From Thermodesulfobacteriota bacterium (lineage in GTDB: Bacteria; Desulfobacterota; Desulfobacteria; Desulfobacterales; Desulfosudaceae), in NCBI GenBank assembly GCA_034189905.1, contig JAXHTY010000022.1, positions 53,795 through 77,794 of the forward strand: a DNA stretch of 24,000 nucleotides. The letters are read 5' to 3'. This document shows positions 15,713 through 22,094 of this stretch, in pieces (position 1 is the first letter of the stretch; each line of letters opens with the position of its first letter). Position numbers and translations under genes: made by a program. The notes below the pieces were generated by a model that worked only from the letters and a program-made list of their open reading frames with translations, made no database searches and was not told the DNA's origin.

Positions 15713-16237
15713 ATGAAAAAATTATTAGTAGCGTTAGTCGTAGGTGCATTAATGGTTCTGCCGATGTCTGCAATGGCTATGGATTCTATTTCAGATGCTG
15801 ATCTCGGCGGCATCACCGGTCAGGCCGGTGTTACCATCGCCTTTGGCGGCAATCAGACCACAGAAGTGACTTTTGACGCCGTATCCTGGGGCGATCCCGA
15901 TGGCATGGGTGGTGCTAACCAGACTGCCGGTTGGGTCATTTTTGACGGCACAATTGGCATCTCCGTAATCATCGCCGACGGTGAGATGCTGACCATTGAC
16001 GTTGCAACAGCTAATGGTGCTGCATACAGCGTTGGCAATGTTACTATTGCTGACGGCACGACCTTTGTCGCCATTGGCCTGCCCAGCCAGACCATCAATG
16101 TGGACACACCGTCTACGCTGGCCATTGGCCTTGGCACCAGCGCGGGTAGCATTGCCGGCACAATCGGTCTGCTGAACCTGGAAAACCTGAGTGTTTCCCC
16201 GGGTACGCCTGACGCGCTCTACATTTACGCACATTAA
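15713..16237 (+). CDS. Small secreted, extremely acidic Gly/Thr/Ala/Ile-rich protein (174 aa) with a Sec signal peptide followed by a double-glycine-leader-like motif; candidate major structural subunit
   Basis: Track ORF. A strong SD, GGAGGGAG (15699-15706), precedes the ATG. Signal peptide: MKKLLVALVVGALMVLPMSAMA | MDS. Motif ISDADLGGITGQ at nt 15788-15823. After the signal peptide there is no Lys, Arg or Cys, against 12 Asp and 3 Glu. Four N-x-S/T sequons are present (NQT, NQT, NVT, NLS). It shares VSWGDPDGMG and a C-terminal LYIYAH strand with the 16410 product (VYWGDADGFG, IYVYES). Confidence 0.9.
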   Translation: MKKLLVALVVGALMVLPMSAMAMDSISDADLGGITGQAGVTIAFGGNQTTEVTFDAVSWGDPDGMGGANQTAGWVIFDGTIGISVIIADGEMLTIDVATANGAAYSVGNVTIADGTTFVAIGLPSQTINVDTPSTLAIGLGTSAGSIAGTIGLLNLENLSVSPGTPDALYIYAH

Positions 16238-16280
16238 TTCAAGTTCTTAATGAATATTATGCGTAATTGCACAAAAATGT

Positions 16281-16318
16281 CCCCTGGAGTGGAATCTCCC
16301 CATTCCAGGGGATTTTTT
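16281..16318 (+). terminator. Rho-independent terminator after the 174-aa gene
   Basis: The stem CCCCTGGA (16281-16288) pairs with TCCAGGGG (16304-16311). It is followed by A and T6 (16312-16318). Confidence 0.8.
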
Positions 16319-16321
16319 CCC

Positions 16322-16350
16322 TTTACAGACCAGCATTTTTGTTGTATAGT
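16322..16350 (+). promoter_or_regulatory. Sigma70 promoter for the 16410 gene
   Basis: TTTACA (16322-16327), a 17-nt spacer, then TATAGT (16345-16350). It sits directly after the terminator and ~55 nt upstream of the ATG at 16410. Confidence 0.6.
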
Positions 16351-16409
16351 TAAATACATACAATAAAATGTGGCTATCAGGAGAGGACAGAAATGGAGAA
16401 CATATCAGC

Positions 16410-17408
16410 ATGAACACCAAGAAATGTTTTTCATCCAGCCTGCCTGCTCTTTTTCTCATTATTGTCGGATTATCAGTTCTATCTTCTGTTGTTCCCACCG
16501 CCCATGCTGTGACACTGCTTTCAGACAAAACCATTGCCCAGATTTACGGCGGTCAGCAGGTTATTATTGAAGTTGAAAACGGGTCAGCCGCTTTTTTTAC
16601 CATTGATGATGTTTACTGGGGTGATGCAGACGGCTTTGGCAATGCCACCAGCCCCGGCTATATCGATATTCAGGTCCCGTATAAAAATTTTCAATATGAC
16701 GCATTTCGATATCAGTTCAACACCAAGGAAGACGCCGATGCCTTCATTGAAGCTCTGGATGACCTGACCTATATGGATATAGAGGTCGAGGATACGGAAT
16801 TTTTCTACAAAGTCCCCAATGCCCAGGATATCGGCATAAACGATACCACTGGCAGAGAGATTGATTATGTAATTGTTACCACAGACAGATCGGTCCCTAG
16901 CAATATTATACAAAACCACAGAGGAACTGTCATCAGCCAGGAAATCCAATTTACCATTTCTTTCCCCGACGAAGAAGACCCATACCGGAAAACGTACGAA
17001 ACCGTCACCTATGACGCGGCCAATGATGAGTTTGTCTTCGATTCAGCAGACTACGGTCAGTTCATCACTGAAGTTCACAATACGGGCAATCAGCCCATTC
17101 GGGACAGTGAAGGCAACATAATTGTGCCGACAGACACAACTTACTTACAAGCTCGCACTGCCACGCTCCAAGTGGATAGCCCCATGATCGCCTTTTCCAT
17201 TGCTCTGATTCCGGAGGGTGATGTGCCCATTCCCGATAGATTCATGCAGAACCCCACCAGCACGCCGAGTCACTACCCTGATTTTGACGCTGCCAATGAC
17301 CCAGGAAGGCAACTGGGATACTTCGGCATTTCTGACCTCCAGGTGCGAATCGGCGGCGGAGAACCCATCTATGTCTACGAATCAGATATTGTCTATCCTT
17401 TTGAATAA
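16410..17408 (+). CDS. Secreted acidic protein (332 aa from the ATG at 16410) with a Sec signal peptide followed by a double-glycine-leader-like motif; larger paralog of the 15713 product
   Basis: The track ORF starts at 16368. I prefer 16410 (MNTKKCFSSSLPALFLIIVGLSVLSSVVPTAHA | VTL) because it gives a canonical n-h-c signal peptide and has GGAGA ~10 nt upstream. Motif LSDKTIAQIYGG at nt 16518-16553. D+E clearly outnumber K+R. The WGDADGFG block and the C-terminal PIYVYES strand are shared with the 174-aa protein. Confidence 0.85.
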   Translation: MNTKKCFSSSLPALFLIIVGLSVLSSVVPTAHAVTLLSDKTIAQIYGGQQVIIEVENGSAAFFTIDDVYWGDADGFGNATSPGYIDIQVPYKNFQYDAFRYQFNTKEDADAFIEALDDLTYMDIEVEDTEFFYKVPNAQDIGINDTTGREIDYVIVTTDRSVPSNIIQNHRGTVISQEIQFTISFPDEEDPYRKTYETVTYDAANDEFVFDSADYGQFITEVHNTGNQPIRDSEGNIIVPTDTTYLQARTATLQVDSPMIAFSIALIPEGDVPIPDRFMQNPTSTPSHYPDFDAANDPGRQLGYFGISDLQVRIGGGEPIYVYESDIVYPFE

Positions 17409-17721
17409 TAACTAGCGCTTTATTAAACAACTCCCATACCCTTTATAACTTTCTCCCGGTATACAATATCCAAAGCGTGTTTTATCCCAATCACTCCTTG
17501 TCTCCATTTTTCCCGCCCTTTTGTGCTCCCGACTATCCTTTCATACGACCAAACAAGATTAATACCTATTTTCATCAATCCGGACGTGTTGCTAAAACTG
17601 ACGGCTGATGGGCTCCTGTGTTTATATCGGTACAACCTCTCAGGCCTTTTGGAACAGCATCAATCTCAACATTTTCGATCAAAATACCTTGCGTGGATAA
17701 AATTTCTAAAAAATTGTATTT

Positions 17722-17749
17722 TTGCTTTACAAGCCCATTTTCATATGAT
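17722..17749 (+). promoter_or_regulatory. Candidate sigma70 promoter for the C39-peptidase operon
   Basis: TTGCTT (17722-17727), a 16-nt spacer, then TATGAT (17744-17749). An AT-rich tract lies upstream. Confidence 0.35.
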
Positions 17750-17760
17750 ATTTGGTTAAT

Positions 17761-17777
17761 AGTAAACAATGTTTACT
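17761..17777. promoter_or_regulatory. Perfect 8-bp inverted repeat AGTAAACA-a-TGTTTACT; operator-like site just downstream of the candidate -10
   Basis: AGTAAACA at 17761-17768, A at 17769, TGTTTACT at 17770-17777. It lies 12 nt after the -10 hexamer and 41 nt before the ATG at 17818. Confidence 0.35.
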
Positions 17778-17817
17778 GTTTGATATTGGGGGATCTAAAG
17801 GCAGGAGTCTTCATAAA

Positions 17818-18576
17818 ATGCATATATTGGTTGCTTTTGTTATCGCTGTTGCGCTCATCTCCGGATTTAAGCCTATCAAGGAAGTACCGGACAACGAAAT
17901 TCGAATCGCCGTCAATACCGATGGGGGGATTGTCCCCAACCTTCCGCCTGAAGTTGAAATTCGTCATGAAATAGGACCGGCGTCGGAAATCAACTTTAAA
18001 CATATTGTCACGCAGCAATTTGATTATAGCTGCGGCTCCGCAGCCCTGGCCACCATACTGCGATACCAGCTTGGGGAAAAATTCACTGAGACCCAGGTTA
18101 TTGCCGGCCTTTTCCGGTATGGCGACAAGGAACAGGTTGAAAAGAAGCGCGCGTTTTCACTGCTTGACATGAAGAAGTTCGTGGGCGTTCTGGGCTACAA
18201 CGGGGTGGGCTACCGGGCCGATATAGAAGACCTCAAAGATCTGAACATGCCATGCATTGTCCCCATCGAAGTGTTTGGTTACCGACATTTTACCGTTTTC
18301 AAGGACGTTTATAGAGGGCACGTCTTTCTTGCCGACCCGTATCGGGGGAATTCCAGTTATACCATCGATCAGTTCGAAAAAATATGGCACCAGAATGTTA
18401 TTTTTGTCGTGTATCCCAGAGGGGAAGAGCAGCTTTCACTGCTGGAATTATCCCATCGTGACCTTCGATTTATTGACGAGGCCATGGAATACGACATCCT
18501 CTTTAATGGTCAGCCGCCTTTGGACAGCCTGCCGCCGGAACCGGACACAGGCGGAAGACAGCGCTTCAGGTATTAA
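17818..18576 (+). CDS. Stand-alone C39-family (bacteriocin-processing type) cysteine peptidase with an N-terminal signal/anchor helix and no ABC-transporter domain (252 aa from 17818)
   Basis: The track ORF starts at 17752. I prefer the ATG at 17818 (AGGAG at 17803-17807, 10-nt spacer), which gives MHILVAFVIAVALISGF as an N-terminal hydrophobic helix. C39 signature blocks: QQFDYSCGSAALATIL (oxyanion Gln; Cys codon at 18031-18033), FSLLDMKKFVGVLGY, MPCIVPI, GYRHFTVF (His), VFLADPYRGN (Asp), FEKIWHQNVIFV. Confidence 0.85.
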   Translation: MHILVAFVIAVALISGFKPIKEVPDNEIRIAVNTDGGIVPNLPPEVEIRHEIGPASEINFKHIVTQQFDYSCGSAALATILRYQLGEKFTETQVIAGLFRYGDKEQVEKKRAFSLLDMKKFVGVLGYNGVGYRADIEDLKDLNMPCIVPIEVFGYRHFTVFKDVYRGHVFLADPYRGNSSYTIDQFEKIWHQNVIFVVYPRGEEQLSLLELSHRDLRFIDEAMEYDILFNGQPPLDSLPPEPDTGGRQRFRY

Positions 18577-18621
18577 AAAAACAGAAAGCCAAATATTCAG
18601 ATAAAGCCGGGAGGTAGCAAA

Positions 18622-20289
18622 TTGAATAGAAAAAATAAAACGATGACCGTATGCATGGCATTAACGCTTCTTCTCTGCCAACTTGCATTCGCAAACCAGC
18701 CCTCTCAAACAGGAGAAAGGCAGTTGATGACGGATATTTCTGTCGATGAACTGGCAACCATCATCGGCAGAGGATTTATTGCCAGCCTGAGCCCCGAGGA
18801 AATTGAAGAGATCAACGCCCGCGGCATCACCGCCCCCGATATTCTGGATATGAAAACTAAAGATCTCGCCCGTATCAGTGCCCGCGGTGTCACATATGTC
18901 TTTGATACATCCAAAGTCACCGATGAGGACCTTCAGGATATCGCCGGTCGCGGAACAGTCCAGGAAATCGGTCGCTCGCCTTACTCTGTACAGGTTGGAG
19001 TCTTTAAGGTAAAGGAGAATGCGCTTTCCCTGCTTAAGGAGCTGGAGGGGAAAGGGTATGAACCTTATATTTTCCAGACCATTGGCGATGCCGATGAAAA
19101 ACTGTTTGCAGTCCGGCTTGGCGACTATGAAGATGTAAAAGACGCCTACGCCGCGGTAACGCACTTCAAATCAAAAGAAAAAAAACCGGCTGTGGTCACC
19201 TATATCAACTCCCTGAAAACCGTTCAAAAAGCAGATCTTATGCAGGAGGAGGCCACCACGAGACTTTCTGATGAATTGTCCGCTGCGGACTTCGAAGATG
19301 AAAACCTGAACTCCCTTTACAGGGAATTAACCGCATTACGCAAAGAGGTGGATCAACTCAAGGCTGAAGCCGAAGCCCGTGAAAAGCTTCGCATGACAGA
19401 AGCCGAGGAGGAAAAAGAAGAGGAAGAAATCCTCTCTGCCGCCGGCAGGGAATACACCATGGCACAAAAAGGGACCCTGACCTTTGATTATTCATTTGGA
19501 TATACGTTTAACACTTATGAACAGGTCAGTGTGGCCTCCACAGCGACATCCGCAACCTCTTACCAGGTTGACCATGTCAACGGCCATACCCTGAGAAACA
19601 GCGTTGCCACGGGATACTCGCTGTTTGACAACCTCAAGGTAACCGCCTCTGTTCCGTTTGTGTACAAATATCAAAAACTGGGCCGTATCGGTTCCAAAGA
19701 TGTCAGTGACATCGGCGACATCTCGCTGGGCGCGAACTGGCAGCCAATCAAAGCCGGCGGAAACTTCCCCGCAACCATCCTTACAACCAATATCAACATA
19801 CCTACCGGGCGAAGTCCTTATGAAATCAATCCCGACGTTGACATTGCTACCGGTTCGGGGGTTTATTCCGCCACTGTGGGTTTTACCGCCAGCAAAACCA
19901 TTGATCCCATCGTGGCGTATGGCGGTATGGGATATACCCACTCCCTTGAAGAATCCGGCCTGAACCAGCAATTGTCTTCCGGCAACGTTCTTGACAGTGT
20001 TGAACCCAAGGGTGTTATCAGTACCAGCCTGGGCGTAGGCTATGCCATGTCCTACAAGGCCTCCATCTATACTAGCTTCTCTTATTCCTACCTGTTTGGC
20101 GCAACCTATAAATATGCGAATGGCAGTGATGCCTCCACCGGAAATTCAGCAACCGCCAGCCTAGTGGTGGGAACGGGCTGGAAAATATCGCCTGAGCGGA
20201 CTGTCAGCATAAACCTGGGCCTGGGGTTGACCAATGAGGCATCCGACTTTGCCTTCTCCTTCAGGCTCCCCTTTGATTTTGAGATGTAA
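18622..20289 (+). CDS. Outer-membrane protein with five parts: signal peptide, four motif repeats, a SPOR peptidoglycan-binding domain, an acidic coiled-coil linker, and a C-terminal beta-barrel of the MetA/phenol-degradation transporter type
   Basis: Track ORF with a TTG start at 18622, preceded by GGGAGG (18609-18614, 7-nt spacer). Signal peptide: MTVCMALTLLLCQLAFA | NQ. SPOR-like block: YSVQVGVFKVKENALSLLKELEGKGYEPYIFQ...LFAVRLGDYEDVKDAYAAV. Linker: LRKEVDQLKAEAEAREKLRMTEAEEEKEEEE. The last ~270 aa show alternating beta-strand patterns with the DIGDISLG, NIPTG and ATGSG motifs I associate with that barrel family, and end FSFRLPFDFEM. Confidence 0.85.
   Translation: MNRKNKTMTVCMALTLLLCQLAFANQPSQTGERQLMTDISVDELATIIGRGFIASLSPEEIEEINARGITAPDILDMKTKDLARISARGVTYVFDTSKVTDEDLQDIAGRGTVQEIGRSPYSVQVGVFKVKENALSLLKELEGKGYEPYIFQTIGDADEKLFAVRLGDYEDVKDAYAAVTHFKSKEKKPAVVTYINSLKTVQKADLMQEEATTRLSDELSAADFEDENLNSLYRELTALRKEVDQLKAEAEAREKLRMTEAEEEKEEEEILSAAGREYTMAQKGTLTFDYSFGYTFNTYEQVSVASTATSATSYQVDHVNGHTLRNSVATGYSLFDNLKVTASVPFVYKYQKLGRIGSKDVSDIGDISLGANWQPIKAGGNFPATILTTNINIPTGRSPYEINPDVDIATGSGVYSATVGFTASKTIDPIVAYGGMGYTHSLEESGLNQQLSSGNVLDSVEPKGVISTSLGVGYAMSYKASIYTSFSYSYLFGATYKYANGSDASTGNSATASLVVGTGWKISPERTVSINLGLGLTNEASDFAFSFRLPFDFEM
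18727..18957 (+). repeat. Four tandem protein-level repeats of an acidic-Leu/Ile-x-x-Ile-x-(Gly/Ala)-Arg-Gly motif in the periplasmic N-terminus of the SPOR barrel protein
   Basis: The four repeats are SVDELATIIGRG, SPEEIEEINARG, KTKDLARISARG and TDEDLQDIAGRG (aa 36-112). The R-G pairs are spaced 17, 21 and 22 residues apart. Compare TDKQLQDVQGG, SDKTIAQIYGG and SDADLGGITGQ in the three secreted proteins. Confidence 0.7.
18979..19206 (+). other. SPOR-like peptidoglycan-binding domain within the 18622 gene
   Basis: aa 120-195 follow the beta-alpha-beta-beta pattern YxVQVGxF...A...L...G....v......FAVRLGxY....A typical of SPOR domains. Confidence 0.6.
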
Positions 20290-20330
20290 TTCTTTTATCG
20301 TTAAAAGCCATTTGTAGCACAGGAGACTGA

Positions 20331-22070
20331 ATGCGATTGAAAACGCAGACAAGAACAGCACCAATTCTTTTCATAACGGCAGTCGTGTTCCTTCTTTGCA
20401 TTAATGAGAACCGTCTGTGCCATGCCGCCTTTTTTGAAAACATTGCCGTCCATGCCAAGGCCATTTCACTGGCTAATTCATGTGTTGCCTATCCGCCCGG
20501 CCATATGGCAATCCATTACAATCCTGCCGGTCTTTCCAACCTGCATGCCGGTAAACAGCTCAGCCTGGGCCTGCTCACAGCGGATCTTTCCATTGAATCG
20601 AGCTTTAATGCAGATCCGGATTTTGACGGCTGGCTGGACACATTCAGTAATCAGGATGACCCCCTGGACGGCACGAACAGCAGCGTTGAAGGCTGGCATC
20701 TATATATGCCGATACTGGGCGAACAGGATACCGACATCATTGGTGTGGACACGCCCGCCGGGTTTCTTCCGGCTGCGCCGTTCCCGTTAGGATTGTCATA
20801 CCGGGAGCCAGGATCCCGATGGACATTCGGATTTGGTGCCTATGCCCCGACGGTTGGCGGTTATTACCGGTCGGATGCGGATCCCGGCCGCTATAACGGG
20901 CGGGCAGTATCAATGCAACAAATAACATACGCTGCGCCGTCTGTCAGTTACCAGCTCACAGACACACTATCGCTCGGCCTGACCGTCAGCTTAAGCCAGG
21001 GCGCCACTCAGATGGATCTGGATATGCGCATGCCCAACGACCTGATGGCTCTGACCAAAACACTTGGCGATGCAACAGAAGGATTGACCATTCCGATTGT
21101 CTCTCAGTTAACCCTTCCCGCCCCGTGGTTTGGCGGCGGCATCGGGCCGTATGAGGATTTTGCCAACCTGAACATCAAAAGCCGAGACGACTATTGTCCC
21201 GGATATAATATCGGCCTTTTATGGGAACCCAAAAACTGGTTTTCTTTTGGTGCCAATTATCAAAGCAAGGTCCGTATGGAACAGCAGGGTACATATAAAT
21301 TCAGTTATAATGAGAACTGGCAGCGTATGGTAAACTGGTTTGGCAGTTCCGTGCTGTTATTGCCCATTTCAGTCATGCTTGACCTTCCCTATAATGCAAC
21401 CCCCTATCAGGCCGGTAACGTTTATATGGATGGATTTGATGCGCCCCAGCGTGTCCAGATGGGGGTTATGCTCAGGCCCTTCAAGCGACTGCGACTGATG
21501 TGTGATGCCCACTGGATCGACTATTCTGAAACAAAAAAATGGACCATTCAATTCGATCAGAACATCCAGGTACTTCAACTGGCAAAACTGGTAGGACACG
21601 CAGACGGTTCCAACAGACTGACCTTGACCCGGGATATGGAAGATGAAATTCATATGAGTTACGGCGCAGAACTCCAGCTACTGGAGTGGCTCTTTTTGCG
21701 ATGCGGCTATGAAGACAGAAAAACATCTGTCAGCCGGCAATATTTCGATGTTATTGCACCCGTCCCGGATCTGGATTTTTACGGTGCCGGCTTAGGCATA
21801 AAACTTAAGAGCGGGGTTGAAATTGACCTGTCTGTGGGCTATCTTGAATCCGAAAGATGGTATGTACCCAATAACACCAGCGACAATCTGAATTCAACCG
21901 ATTTCACAGACGCGGTATACAATCCGTATGGCGGCCTTGATGTGTCCGGTGAAATGGATATTACAGTCGTTGCGGCCAATGTGAGTATGCCGTTTAAATA
22001 TATTTATCGCATCAGCAATATTCTCAAGGATTCATTGGAAAAAACAAAAGAACTCATTCCTTTCCATTAA
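20331..22070 (+). CDS. FadL/TodX/OmpP1-family outer-membrane channel homolog, enlarged (579 aa)
   Basis: Track ORF. AGGAG lies 5 nt upstream of the ATG. A signal peptide ends in CHA | AFFE. The N-terminal hatch-like block AKAISLANSCVAYPPGHMAIHYNPAGLSNL matches the family hallmark (G.A..A...d.....NPAGL). The remainder is rich in amphipathic beta strands with aromatic girdle residues. Confidence 0.8.
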   Translation: MRLKTQTRTAPILFITAVVFLLCINENRLCHAAFFENIAVHAKAISLANSCVAYPPGHMAIHYNPAGLSNLHAGKQLSLGLLTADLSIESSFNADPDFDGWLDTFSNQDDPLDGTNSSVEGWHLYMPILGEQDTDIIGVDTPAGFLPAAPFPLGLSYREPGSRWTFGFGAYAPTVGGYYRSDADPGRYNGRAVSMQQITYAAPSVSYQLTDTLSLGLTVSLSQGATQMDLDMRMPNDLMALTKTLGDATEGLTIPIVSQLTLPAPWFGGGIGPYEDFANLNIKSRDDYCPGYNIGLLWEPKNWFSFGANYQSKVRMEQQGTYKFSYNENWQRMVNWFGSSVLLLPISVMLDLPYNATPYQAGNVYMDGFDAPQRVQMGVMLRPFKRLRLMCDAHWIDYSETKKWTIQFDQNIQVLQLAKLVGHADGSNRLTLTRDMEDEIHMSYGAELQLLEWLFLRCGYEDRKTSVSRQYFDVIAPVPDLDFYGAGLGIKLKSGVEIDLSVGYLESERWYVPNNTSDNLNSTDFTDAVYNPYGGLDVSGEMDITVVAANVSMPFKYIYRISNILKDSLEKTKELIPFH

Positions 22071-22094
22071 ACTCCCAAAGTAACGGTCGAAAAA

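Noticed and set aside
17423-17759. Small ORFs in the 17409-17817 gap: 17423-17635(-), 17523-17759(+) and 17575-17769(-)
   Set aside because: They have alternative start codons without properly spaced SDs, they overlap one another, and their compositions reflect the pyrimidine/purine skew of the DNA rather than protein-like sequence.
15713-18576. Interpretation as a classical class II bacteriocin or microcin locus
   Set aside because: The GG-motif proteins are large (174 to over 340 aa) and carry Sec signal peptides. There is no C39-ABC exporter, accessory protein, immunity gene or quorum-sensing pair. The context is outer-membrane and periplasmic machinery.
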